Shown here piece by piece: positions 38,781 to 48,267 of a DNA stretch of 64,000 nucleotides. A model generated the notes under the pieces. That model searched no databases, had not been told where the DNA came from, and saw only the letters and a program-made list of their open reading frames with translations. The position numbers and the translations under genes are program-made. Where the stretch lies: positions 662-64,661 of the forward strand of contig CALXEV010000003.1 in the NCBI GenBank assembly GCA_944387425.1, written 5' to 3'. Position 1 is the stretch's first letter. Each line of letters starts with the position of its first letter. The DNA comes from an uncultured Clostridia bacterium (GTDB lineage Bacteria > Bacillota > Clostridia > TANB77 > CAG-508).

Positions 38781-39362
38781 ATGTTTAAATTTACTAGAAC
38801 TGGTGTAAATCTTATTAGTTTTTTCATATCGTTATTCATATTTATATTAATTCAAATTTTCATTAATCAATATATCAATGGAATAAAAATGAATGTAGAA
38901 TTAGGTCAAGAAATTATGCAAAAACAAGAAAATGTAATATCAGAGCAAGAAAAAATACAAGAAACTCCAGTCGAAATATGGCAGATAGAAATCGAAAAAA
39001 TATCACTTAAAGCCAATATAGCAGAAGGAACAACTCAAGAAATTTTAGAACAGTATGTTGGACATTTTTCAGAAACACCTAACGAATTAGGAAATGTTGG
39101 ACTTGCTGCACATAATAGAGGATATCCTGTAAATTATTTTGAGAGACTTAAAGAAATTCAAGAAGGTGACAAAATAATATATAGGCATAATGATTTTGAA
39201 AAAATTTACGAAGTTACCAAAAACAAAATAATAGAAGACACAGATTGGGAACCATTAGAAAACACTGAAGAAAATATGTTAACACTTATAACATGTGTAG
39301 AAAACGAACCTAGTTATAGAAGATGTGTACAAGCAGTTGAGCTTGAAGAAAACCAAAGTTAA
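38781..39362 (+). CDS. Sortase-family transpeptidase (second copy), membrane anchored
   Basis: It has an N-terminal TM helix, the His context GLAAHNRG, the TLITC cysteine motif and a conserved Arg (YRRCVQA). Confidence 0.8.
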   Translation: MFKFTRTGVNLISFFISLFIFILIQIFINQYINGIKMNVELGQEIMQKQENVISEQEKIQETPVEIWQIEIEKISLKANIAEGTTQEILEQYVGHFSETPNELGNVGLAAHNRGYPVNYFERLKEIQEGDKIIYRHNDFEKIYEVTKNKIIEDTDWEPLENTEENMLTLITCVENEPSYRRCVQAVELEENQS

Positions 39363-39440
39363 TAATTCCTAAGCAAAAGCGAAGGATTATTATATAAATT
39401 CATATTTTTCTAAAAAACAAAAATAAAGGAGGAATAATAT

Positions 39441-40028
39441 TTGAAGAAAAAAAGCAAAAAACTAATTGGACTATTAGGTATAGCATTAATAGTTCTAACA
39501 TTATGTGTAGGAGGATATACATATGCCAAATACAGAACAGAAGTAAAAGGAGGTGGACAAGTAGACATAGCCAAATGGTCATTTAAAGTTGACGAAAGTA
39601 GTCAGAAAATTGAAACAATCAATTTAAGCGATACTGTTGATGAAACATTATTAGTTAATGGAAAAGTAGCTCCAGGAACAAAAGGAGAATTTACAATTGA
39701 TATTGATGGAACTGGAACAGAAGTAGGAATTAATTATGATGTAAATTTTGCAAATGAAATAAATAAACCAACAAACTTTGTTTATACATATAATGGAGAA
39801 AAATTCAGTTCATTAGCAAAAGTAGCTGAAAAATTAAAAGGTAGTATATTAGCTAATGATGAAGTAAAAACCAAAACACTTACAATAGGATGGCAATGGG
39901 ATTATGAAACAGGTGAAGAAAGTACTGAAATAAATAAAAATGATGTGATAGATACACAAGAAGGAATAGCAAATTTAGATTACACATTTGATGTAATTGT
40001 AACAGGTACACAAATGCCAACAGAATAG
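39441..40028 (+). CDS. Exported TasA/camelysin-like (SipW-type N-terminus) protein, P1
   Basis: It has a TTG start after an aaggagg SD. The N-terminus is MKKKSKK + TM + GGYTYAKYRTE, resembling the GGGT(F/Y)A(Y/F)F motif. It shares the segments VAPGTKGEFTIDI, LTIGWQWDYE and YTFDVIV with P3. Confidence 0.55.
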   Translation: MKKKSKKLIGLLGIALIVLTLCVGGYTYAKYRTEVKGGGQVDIAKWSFKVDESSQKIETINLSDTVDETLLVNGKVAPGTKGEFTIDIDGTGTEVGINYDVNFANEINKPTNFVYTYNGEKFSSLAKVAEKLKGSILANDEVKTKTLTIGWQWDYETGEESTEINKNDVIDTQEGIANLDYTFDVIVTGTQMPTE

Positions 40029-40138
40029 TAATTAAATAAAAAGATTTAGAAAAATATGAAAAAATCAAAAAAGGAGGAAAAAGAAATATAAAATTTATAA
40101 AGAAAAACAAGAAAATAATTCTAATAATTTCAGTAGTA

Positions 40139-40588
40139 TTGATAATTTTTGCATTATTTTGTTTGAAAATAGCATTTGCTAAATTTAAAACAGAAGAAAT
40201 TTTTAATAAAAATCTGGATATTGCAACACCAATATTTATAGTTGAAGGCAATGACAGCACAAAAATCAGTGCAATAAACAACATAGGATATTATGAATTT
40301 AAAGTAAAAAACTTTAATGAAAATCAAATAAGTGAAACTGGTTTTGAATATACAGTAGAGGTAATTGCAGATACAGATGAATCAATAAAATTTGAACTAT
40401 ACAAAGATAATGAACCAATAAAATTAGAAAATTTAAAAAGTGAACAATTAATACTACCAGGAAATGAAAAAACAGAACAAAATTACAAATTAAAAGTAAT
40501 TTACGACAAAAATTTAGGTACTAAAGGAATAGATATCTTAAAAGAAATACAAGTTAAAATTCATTCAGAACAGGGCAAAATAGGATAG
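40139..40588 (+). CDS. Exported protein P2 of the same locus; true start unresolved (frame open from 40040)
   Basis: The track start is the TTG at 40139. The upstream in-frame sequence encodes ..KRNIKFIKKNKKIILIISVVL, which completes a signal peptide ending AFAKFKTEE. No in-frame ATG, GTG or TTG lies near the aggagg at 40072-40077. Confidence 0.5.
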   Translation: MIIFALFCLKIAFAKFKTEEIFNKNLDIATPIFIVEGNDSTKISAINNIGYYEFKVKNFNENQISETGFEYTVEVIADTDESIKFELYKDNEPIKLENLKSEQLILPGNEKTEQNYKLKVIYDKNLGTKGIDILKEIQVKIHSEQGKIG

Positions 40589-40595
40589 TGATGTT

Positions 40596-41180
40596 ATGAA
40601 GAAGAAAATCTATATTATAATAATAATTTTAATTCTAATATTTATAATCCTTAATTTTTATAAATCTAATAAAAACATAATTAATGATATTATGATTTTT
40701 GATCTATGGGAAGATATTGGTATAAAAACTCATAAAGAAAATAATCAAAACACATATGTAATTAATCCTGTAAAACAAGATAATATTCAAATTGATGTTT
40801 ATAAAACAATACAAAATTCTTATGAAGTAAAGGAGGTTATAGATAATTTACAGGGAAATAAAATATATAAAAAAATAGCACCAGGAAGTTATGGGAACTT
40901 TTTAATAAAATTAGAAAGACCATTTAATTCTAAATGCAATATCATAGTAAATGATTTAAATTCTAAACCCGAAAATTTAGTTTTTATATTAGATAATAAA
41001 CAATATAATTCAATAAAAGAAATGCAAAATAAATTGAATGAAATCTTCCAAGTTCAAAATGCAGTTTTAATTCAGTGGGAATGGAAATATGAAAATACAC
41101 AAGAAAATAATTTACAAGATACATATGATGGCGAAAATGTAGAAAACTACAAATTTGAAGTAAAAGCTATAATTGAATAG
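40596..41180 (+). CDS. Exported TasA/camelysin-like protein, P3 (paralogue of P1)
   Basis: It has an N-terminal TM helix. IAPGSYGNFLIKL, LIQWEWKYEN and YKFEVKAII parallel the P1 motifs. Confidence 0.55.
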   Translation: MKKKIYIIIIILILIFIILNFYKSNKNIINDIMIFDLWEDIGIKTHKENNQNTYVINPVKQDNIQIDVYKTIQNSYEVKEVIDNLQGNKIYKKIAPGSYGNFLIKLERPFNSKCNIIVNDLNSKPENLVFILDNKQYNSIKEMQNKLNEIFQVQNAVLIQWEWKYENTQENNLQDTYDGENVENYKFEVKAIIE

Positions 41181-41193
41181 CAGAAAGGAAAAT

Positions 41194-42723
41194 ATGAAAT
41201 TAAAAAAGATAATTATAATAGTATTAATAGCAATTGCAATAATCAATATAAATTCAAAGGTTTTTGCTAAATATGTATTTGAATATACTGAGAAAGCTGC
41301 AATATTGGAAATCGACAGAACTGCTCCAGTTCTAGAAATTATATATTCGACTAAAGATATAACATCTGGTGATGTAGAAGTAAAAATTGTTGCTAATGAA
41401 AAAATACAGGAACTTGAAGGATGGAAACTATTAGATGATGGCAAAACATTAGTAAAGATATATAGCAAAAATCAGGCGGAAAAGGTCATTATTAAAGATT
41501 TAAGTGGAAATGAAACAGATGCCAATATAATAGTAGACAATATAGATAAAGAACCACCAACTGCACAGATTATAAATATTATAAATACTAATAATGGTTA
41601 TGAAAATTATGCTAATAAAACACATAAAATTACTATTAATCTAAAAGTTCAAGATAATAAAAACTTAATTGAACACAATCAAAATTTAAAAATATTTGTT
41701 GGAACAAAAGAAGAAGTATATACAAAAGAGATTAAAGTTTTAGAAGAAAAAGAAAGTTATATAATTTATGAAATACAATTAACAAATGTTTTGGAAAATG
41801 GTAAACTAACATTAGAAGTTTTAGAAAACAGTTATCAAGACAAGGCTGGAAATATGATTTCAAAAACTATACTAGACACAGGAATAACTATTGATAATAT
41901 AAAACCAGAAATTTCATTTCAGCAAAAAAAATTAGATAATGGAAAAATTTTAGCGATAATTAATAGTAATGAAAAAATAAGAGAACCTAATGGATGGAAT
42001 ATAAGTAATAACCAAGATAGTGTTTCAAAAGAATTTATATCAGATATTCAATATGTAAAAGAAATAACTGACTTAGCTGGTAATACAACAATTACAAATG
42101 TTGAAGTAAAAGGAACAACATATTTAAACCTAGAATGTTTAGCACATATTTCAGAAAAAGGTTGGGTAAAAATGCAAGATAATTTTGTAGGAACTATAGA
42201 TCCAACAAACCTGATAAAAATAGAAAGTTTAGCATTTAAAATAAATAATCAAATTCCACAAGATATCTTAAAAGCTTCAGTATTCTCATATACATATTGG
42301 GGAGAAAATTCTTCTGCAAAATCACCAAATACAGGTCTTGTATTTAATTATGGAAAAAATCCAGAAAATGGTTACAAAACAATGGCTAATTCAGAGTTAG
42401 CAATTATTAATGGAGAACAATATATGCAACTAGGATTAGATGGAGCAAATAAGGTAGAATTAACAGATATTAACGGAAACAATCCAATCCCTGCAGGAAT
42501 TGCAAAACAATATTTATATGGTATTTCAGGAATAAGTTTAGAACTAGAAGATAGTGAAAATTCGATAATATATCAATTATATTTTAATGATATAGGATGG
42601 TCGAAAATTTATAAAGATGGAGAAAATGCAAGTATTGCAAATAATAAAATAATAGAAGGACTCCGAATTGCTGTGGTTCCTAAAAGTGAAGTAGAATTTG
42701 TAATTAATGAATGGAGTAAATAG
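41194..42723 (+). CDS. Large exported protein P4: SipW-type N-terminus, Ig-like repeats, C-terminal ChW-like repeats
   Basis: The ATG at 41194 (MKLKKIIII) follows an aaagga SD. The TM helix is followed by VFAKY. Repeat modules have the form DRTAPVLEI..GW..DLSGNET and DNIKPEIS..GW..DLAGNTT. The C-terminal segments AHISEKGWVKMQDNFVGT..IESLAFKI and NDIGWSKIYKDGENAS..IEGLRIAV resemble clostridial hydrophobic-W repeats. Confidence 0.6.
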   Translation: MKLKKIIIIVLIAIAIININSKVFAKYVFEYTEKAAILEIDRTAPVLEIIYSTKDITSGDVEVKIVANEKIQELEGWKLLDDGKTLVKIYSKNQAEKVIIKDLSGNETDANIIVDNIDKEPPTAQIINIINTNNGYENYANKTHKITINLKVQDNKNLIEHNQNLKIFVGTKEEVYTKEIKVLEEKESYIIYEIQLTNVLENGKLTLEVLENSYQDKAGNMISKTILDTGITIDNIKPEISFQQKKLDNGKILAIINSNEKIREPNGWNISNNQDSVSKEFISDIQYVKEITDLAGNTTITNVEVKGTTYLNLECLAHISEKGWVKMQDNFVGTIDPTNLIKIESLAFKINNQIPQDILKASVFSYTYWGENSSAKSPNTGLVFNYGKNPENGYKTMANSELAIINGEQYMQLGLDGANKVELTDINGNNPIPAGIAKQYLYGISGISLELEDSENSIIYQLYFNDIGWSKIYKDGENASIANNKIIEGLRIAVVPKSEVEFVINEWSK

Positions 42724-42791
42724 AGTAAAAATGTATAAAAAAATTAAAAATGGAAAAAATTACAATATAAAACTTCTAAAGGAGTGGTATA

Positions 42792-43127
42792 ATGGAATCA
42801 AGCAATATGAAAAATATAGTTGTGTTAAAAAAACTTCCATCTAATATTATAGATGAAGCTATTATAATTCTAAAAGAAACTTCAAAGGTTAGACAAAAAG
42901 AATTGATTGACAAAGGTGCTAAAACCAATATTGATGAAAGGCAAAGTAAGTCAAAAGATTATATACTAAAAGAAGCTGAAATGCTTGTAACAGATTATAT
43001 CAATAAAATAGAAAAAGGTAAGCAATTACCAGCCTTAAATTTAACTAAAAAATATAATATCTTAAAAAAATATAGTATTATTTCAACTTCACTTTTAATT
43101 ATCAGTTTAATAATAAATTTCATATAA
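42792..43127 (+). CDS. Hypothetical tail-anchored protein (111 aa)
   Basis: It has an aaaggag SD, a soluble N-terminal part and a single C-terminal TM helix (YSIISTSLLIISLIINFI). Confidence 0.5.
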   Translation: MESSNMKNIVVLKKLPSNIIDEAIIILKETSKVRQKELIDKGAKTNIDERQSKSKDYILKEAEMLVTDYINKIEKGKQLPALNLTKKYNILKKYSIISTSLLIISLIINFI

Positions 43128-43207
43128 TAACATAAAACACTTTATACATGCATACATTTAAACAAGTGCATTATAAAGTGTTTTTATTAATTTGTATGGA
43201 GGAAGTT

Positions 43208-44140
43208 ATGGAGAGAGTACTATCAGTTGAAGATAAAATAAGAAGAGCAGAAGAAAGATATTATAGTAAAAGAGAAGGAAATATTCCTGTAGTAAAAAAG
43301 GAAAAGAGTAAAAAAGTGGAAAAAAGGGTAAAAAAATTAATTAAGCAAATTATAATCTGTTTAATTATATATGGAATATTTTACTTAATAATAAATAATG
43401 ATTCTATATTTTCAAAAGATTTTACCAATAAAGCCAGAGAAATTTTAGAACAAGACATAAACTTTGGTGAGTGGTATTCTGCGTTTATTACAAAAATTAA
43501 CGAAATTACAAAAAAGGAAGAAAATGATGGTTCACAAGAAAACAATGCAGAAAACAATGAGGAAAACTTACAAAATAATGATGAAAACATAGGTGGAGCT
43601 ATAGAAGATTTGACTCAAGACAATGTAACTGCACAGTCTGAAATAACCAATCAGCCAGAAACAACTGCGCAACAGCCAGAAGCAATATCATCAGAAACAG
43701 AACCACAAACTGAGTTAAGCCAAATGGAACAGGATGCAAATTATATAAAAAGTACAATTAACTTTATTAAACCAGTAGAGGGAACGATAAGTTCTGAATA
43801 TGGACTTAGAAACCCAACAACACCTACAGTTCCTAAAAATCATACTGGAACAGATATTGCTGCAGTAACAGGCACCAAAATAGTTTCAGCAACAGATGGA
43901 AAAGTGATTTTATCTTCATCAGAAGGAGATTTCGGAAATCATTTAAAAATACAAGTTAATGATGTTATTATTGTATATGCTCATTGTAATAAACTATATG
44001 TAAAAGAAGGAGACACAGTAGTACAAGGACAAGAGATAGCAGAAGTTGGCTCAACTGGTAATACAACAGGACCTCATTTACATTTTGAAATTAGATATCA
44101 AGATAGATATGTTGATCCACAACTTATATTAGAATTATAA
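43208..44140 (+). CDS. M23 (LytM-type) metallopeptidase, membrane anchored, SpoIVFA-position
   Basis: HTGTDIAA and GPHLHFEIRY are present. It has a TM helix and an acidic linker. It lies directly upstream of an M50 site-2 protease. I prefer the ATG at 43208 after ggagga. Confidence 0.85.
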   Translation: MERVLSVEDKIRRAEERYYSKREGNIPVVKKEKSKKVEKRVKKLIKQIIICLIIYGIFYLIINNDSIFSKDFTNKAREILEQDINFGEWYSAFITKINEITKKEENDGSQENNAENNEENLQNNDENIGGAIEDLTQDNVTAQSEITNQPETTAQQPEAISSETEPQTELSQMEQDANYIKSTINFIKPVEGTISSEYGLRNPTTPTVPKNHTGTDIAAVTGTKIVSATDGKVILSSSEGDFGNHLKIQVNDVIIVYAHCNKLYVKEGDTVVQGQEIAEVGSTGNTTGPHLHFEIRYQDRYVDPQLILEL

Positions 44141-44158
44141 AAAAGCAAAGCTAAAATT

Positions 44159-44185
44159 TGTCATAAAGGACCGTCCCTGTGACAA
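44159..44185 (-). repeat. Dispersed 28-nt hairpin element, copy B (inverted)
   Basis: The + strand reads ttgtcataaaggaccgtccctgtgacaa. Its reverse complement, ttgtcacagggacggtcctttatgacaa, aligns with copies A and C. Confidence 0.7.
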
Positions 44186-44205
44186 AAAAGAAAGAGAAGG
44201 GGAAA

Positions 44206-44853
44206 ATGAGAGTTAGAATAGATTTAAAAATAATAATTTTTTTACTTTTATTTTGTTTTACCAAGCAGATTGATATATACTTAACAATTATGTTTTTCTG
44301 TGTTATACATGAATTAGGACACATAATTGTAGGATTGTTACTAAAAATGAAACCAGAAAGGCTAGAACTAATGCCATATGGATTGACAGTTTCTTTTAAA
44401 GTAAATATAAATGATTTAAATAAAAAAATAAAAAAAGGCACTCTACTAGAACTTAAAAAAATAATTGTTGCGTTTTCTGGACCATTACTTAGTTTAGCTT
44501 TAGCAATAATATTTTTGTATATAGACCCAATTTATATAACTAAACAAGATGCAGTTTATTCAAACATATTAATTTTACTTTTTAATTTGTTACCTTTATA
44601 TCCATTAGATGGTGGAAGAATATTAAAAAGTTTATTACATATAGAATTTGGTAGTCAAGAAGCTAAAAAAATAATTAATATAATATCAAATATAGTAATA
44701 ATAATGTTAACAATAGTTGCAAGTATTACTGTTTATTATTTTAAAAACATAGCAATATTTTTAATTTGTATATTTTTGTGGATTATAACAATTCAAGAAA
44801 ATATAAAATTTAAAAATGAAACAAAAATATATGAAATGATTAAAAATAGTTGA
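44206..44853 (+). CDS. M50 site-2 metalloprotease (SpoIVFB-like, no CBS domain)
   Basis: HELGH and the NLLPLYPLDGGRIL motif are present in a multi-TM protein. I prefer the ATG at 44206 after gaagggga. Confidence 0.8.
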   Translation: MRVRIDLKIIIFLLLFCFTKQIDIYLTIMFFCVIHELGHIIVGLLLKMKPERLELMPYGLTVSFKVNINDLNKKIKKGTLLELKKIIVAFSGPLLSLALAIIFLYIDPIYITKQDAVYSNILILLFNLLPLYPLDGGRILKSLLHIEFGSQEAKKIINIISNIVIIMLTIVASITVYYFKNIAIFLICIFLWIITIQENIKFKNETKIYEMIKNS

Positions 44854-44900
44854 TAAATGTGTGATTTCCTGTTATATTATAGTAAAAAAAGAGGTTTCAA

Positions 44901-45794
44901 ATGTTAGATTTAGATAAATTAAAAAAATGTACAATATGTCCACATAAGTGTGGGACTGATAGAACAAAAAATATAGGAAGATGTAAATCAACTGATAAAG
45001 TAAAAATAGCTTTATATTCAACACATAATTTTGAAGAACCATGCATAAGTGGAGAAAAAGGTTCAGGAACAATATTCTTTTCTAATTGTAATTTGAATTG
45101 TGTATTTTGCCAAAATTACGAAATAAGTCAACAAGGAAGAGGAAAAGAAATTGAAATAGAGGAATTAGCTGAAATAATGCTTAAGCAACAAGAAAAAGGA
45201 GTAGAAAACATAAATTTTGTAACACCAACAAGCTACTCTATTCAAATAAAAGAAGCCATTATTATTGCAAAAGAGAATGGATTAAAAATTCCAATAGTGT
45301 ATAACACAAATGGATATGAAAATGTGGAAACACTAAGAGAATTAGAAGGTTTAATAGATATATATTTGCCAGACTTAAAGTATTACTATAATTCTTTAGG
45401 AAAGGAATTTTCAAAAGTAGATAATTATTTCGAAATAGCAACTAATGCAATAAAAGAAATGTATAGACAAGTCGGAAGACCAATATTAAATGAAAAAGGT
45501 GTAATGCAAAAAGGACTAATGGTCAGACATTTAATATTACCTAATAACATTGAAAACAGTAAAAGGTGTTTAAAATGGCTAAAAGAAAATTTTAATGATA
45601 AGATTTATATAAGTTTGATGGCGCAGTATTTTCCTACATATAAGGCAAAAGAAATAAGTGAAATAAATAGAAAACTTACGCCAAAAGAATATGAAGAAAT
45701 TGAAAACTATTTATATGATTTAGACATTGAAAATGGATATATTCAAGAATTAGGAGAACATGAAGAAGAATATGTTCCAAAATGGGAATATTAA
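44901..45794 (+). CDS. Radical SAM protein, PflX/PflA-like activase family
   Basis: The CNLNCVFCQNY cluster motif is present, with an N-terminal Cys pair (CTICPHKCG). Confidence 0.85.
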   Translation: MLDLDKLKKCTICPHKCGTDRTKNIGRCKSTDKVKIALYSTHNFEEPCISGEKGSGTIFFSNCNLNCVFCQNYEISQQGRGKEIEIEELAEIMLKQQEKGVENINFVTPTSYSIQIKEAIIIAKENGLKIPIVYNTNGYENVETLRELEGLIDIYLPDLKYYYNSLGKEFSKVDNYFEIATNAIKEMYRQVGRPILNEKGVMQKGLMVRHLILPNNIENSKRCLKWLKENFNDKIYISLMAQYFPTYKAKEISEINRKLTPKEYEEIENYLYDLDIENGYIQELGEHEEEYVPKWEY

Positions 45795-46112
45795 AATTTA
45801 TACTATATTTGCCTTTTCCTCTGCCAGTCATAATTTGTCGATTATACAAATTGATTGCAGTAGGAAAAGCTTCTTCATTTATTTTTGTATGAACATCTAC
45901 TTTTTTAATTATTTCTTCAGGGTTCATACTCATTCTTATAGTTAATTTACCATTATGTTTTAAAGGTATATGCTATCAACCATCTCAAATTTTGTTTTAT
46001 ATTTTACCCAATCTTAATAAAATATATTAGGCAAAATATTGTAATAACTTCAATTCTATGGTAATATATTGGGAGAAAACTAGAAAGAGGAAAATTAGAA
46101 AGGGGAAAATTT

Positions 46113-47003
46113 ATGGGACTTAAAATTGAAAATGTTAGCAAACGCTATGGTGAAAAAGTAGCAGTTGATAACATAAGCTTAGAAATGAATGAACCAGGCG
46201 TATTTGGACTATTAGGAACAAACGGAGCTGGAAAAACTACAACAATTAGAATGTTATTAGGAATATTAAAAAAAGATAGTGGAGAAATCACTTGGAATGG
46301 AAAAGAAGTAAAAAGAAAAAATGTTAATTTTGGATATTTACCAGAAGAAAGAGGAATTTATCCAAAAGTAAAAATATTTGATCAATTAGTTTATTTTGCT
46401 GAGTTAAAAGGAATGAAAAAACAACAAGCAAAAGAAGAAATAAATTATTGGATGGGAAGACTAAAAGTAGAAGAATATAAAGAAATGTTAGCAGAAAAAT
46501 TATCAAAAGGAAATCAACAAAAGGTTCAATTTATTACAGCAATATTAAATAATCCAGAATTAATAGTATTAGACGAACCATTTAGTGGATTAGACCCAGT
46601 AAATACAGAATTATTAAAAGATGTAATATTAGAATTAGTTAAAAAAGGAAAATACATAATAATGTCAAGTCATCAAATGTCATCAATAGAAGAATTTTGT
46701 AGTGATGTAGTAATTATAAATAGGGGCAAAACAGTATTAAAAGGAAATTTAAAAGAAATAAAAGACTCTTATCCTGCAAAAAGATTAGAAATTGATGCAA
46801 AACAAGATATTACAGCAGATATAGAAAATGCAGGAATGAAAATTGAAAAGAATATAGACAATAATTATGAAATAACTATAGAAAATGAAGATAAAGCACA
46901 TGCCTTATTAAAAACACTTGTAGAAAAAGGTGTAGTATTAGACAAATTTGAACTAAAAAAACCAAGCTTAAATGATATATTTATAGAAAAGGTAGGTGCT
47001 TAA
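46113..47003 (+). CDS. ABC transporter ATP-binding protein (ABC-2/NatA type)
   Basis: Walker A GTNGAGKTT, the signature LSKGNQQK and Walker B LIVLDEPFSGLD are present. Confidence 0.92.
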   Translation: MGLKIENVSKRYGEKVAVDNISLEMNEPGVFGLLGTNGAGKTTTIRMLLGILKKDSGEITWNGKEVKRKNVNFGYLPEERGIYPKVKIFDQLVYFAELKGMKKQQAKEEINYWMGRLKVEEYKEMLAEKLSKGNQQKVQFITAILNNPELIVLDEPFSGLDPVNTELLKDVILELVKKGKYIIMSSHQMSSIEEFCSDVVIINRGKTVLKGNLKEIKDSYPAKRLEIDAKQDITADIENAGMKIEKNIDNNYEITIENEDKAHALLKTLVEKGVVLDKFELKKPSLNDIFIEKVGA

Positions 47004-47004
47004 A

Positions 47005-48246
47005 ATGAAAGATTTATTTACAGTAGCAAGTTTCACAATAAAAGATATGATAAAAAGAAAATCTTTTATAATATCTAATTTGATTATATTAGCAATTATA
47101 GTATTATTATTTAATGTTCCAAATATATTAAATGCAATTATGGGAGATAACACATCATCTCAAAACACAAAAATTTTAATAGTAGATGAAGATAATATAT
47201 TTGAAGGAACATTAGAGCAAATTAACCAAATGGACATAGGTTATGAGGCAACAATAGCAACAGAAACAATAACATTTGATGAAATTAAACAGAAAATTGA
47301 TAATAATGAGATTGATGATGCATTAGTAATCACCAAAAAAGATGGACAAATTAATATGCAATATATAGTTGAAAATTTGGCTATGGTATCACAAATGCCA
47401 CAGAGTTTGACAAATGCAATATCAACAATTTATTCAAACTTAAGTATTTCAAAATTAGGACTAACTCCAGAACAAATTCAAACTCTATCAGGAAACTTTA
47501 ATTTTGAAATGATACAAACAGAAGAAGAGGAAGTTCAAGGAAATCAATTTGCAATGATGATGATGTCACTAGTATTGTTCTACGCAATATATTTCTGTGC
47601 TTATCAAGTATCAAGCTCAATAACAACAGAAAAAACATCAAAGATTATAGAAACATTAGTAACATCAACAAAGCCAAAGACTATTGTATTAGGAAAAACA
47701 ATAGGAATAGGAGTTGTAGGGTTAATTCAAATTGCAGCAATAATAATAACTGCATTAATTTCAAGTGCTTTATTCTTAGAAGAAGGAGCATTAGATGGAA
47801 TAGTTGACTTTTCAACAATAACACCATTCTTAGGATTTATAACAGCTATATACTTTATTTTAGGATATGCTACATATGCATTATTATATGCATTAACAGG
47901 TTCAACAGTAAGCAAACCAGAAGATGTACAATCTGCTAATGGACCTATTGCAATAATTGCAGTAATTGGATTTTACTTAGCATATTTTACAATGATGAAC
48001 CCAACTAGTGAATTAAATAAATTAGCAGCTATATTACCAATATCATCTCCATTCTGTATGCCATTTAGAGTAATGATGGGAATTGCAACAAACTCAGAGA
48101 TAGCAATTTCAATAGCTGTAATGTTAGTTACAATACTAGTTGTAGCACAAATTTCTATAAAAATATATTCACAAGCTATATTAAATTATGGAAGCAAAAT
48201 GAGTTTAAAAGATATTTTCAAAATGTATAAAAATAAAAATGTATAA
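47005..48246 (+). CDS. ABC-2 type permease (NatB-like)
   Basis: An N-terminal TM helix and a large extracytoplasmic loop are followed by five or so TM helices. I prefer the ATG at 47005, 8 nt after aaggtagg. Confidence 0.8.
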   Translation: MKDLFTVASFTIKDMIKRKSFIISNLIILAIIVLLFNVPNILNAIMGDNTSSQNTKILIVDEDNIFEGTLEQINQMDIGYEATIATETITFDEIKQKIDNNEIDDALVITKKDGQINMQYIVENLAMVSQMPQSLTNAISTIYSNLSISKLGLTPEQIQTLSGNFNFEMIQTEEEEVQGNQFAMMMMSLVLFYAIYFCAYQVSSSITTEKTSKIIETLVTSTKPKTIVLGKTIGIGVVGLIQIAAIIITALISSALFLEEGALDGIVDFSTITPFLGFITAIYFILGYATYALLYALTGSTVSKPEDVQSANGPIAIIAVIGFYLAYFTMMNPTSELNKLAAILPISSPFCMPFRVMMGIATNSEIAISIAVMLVTILVVAQISIKIYSQAILNYGSKMSLKDIFKMYKNKNV

Positions 48247-48267
48247 AAACATGAAAGGAGACTAACC

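Noticed and set aside
42730-42845. A small ORF (MYKKIKNGKNYNIKLLKEW..) between P4 and the 111-aa gene.
   Set aside because: It has no SD and overlaps the well-supported start and SD of the 42792 gene. It is probably non-coding.
45676-45933. An 85-aa minus-strand ORF (MSMNPEEIIKKVDVHTKINEE..) downstream of the radical SAM gene.
   Set aside because: It has no SD and its last ~40 codons overlap the conserved 3' end of the radical SAM gene by 119 nt. It may be a decayed gene fragment, but I cannot support calling it as a gene or pseudogene.
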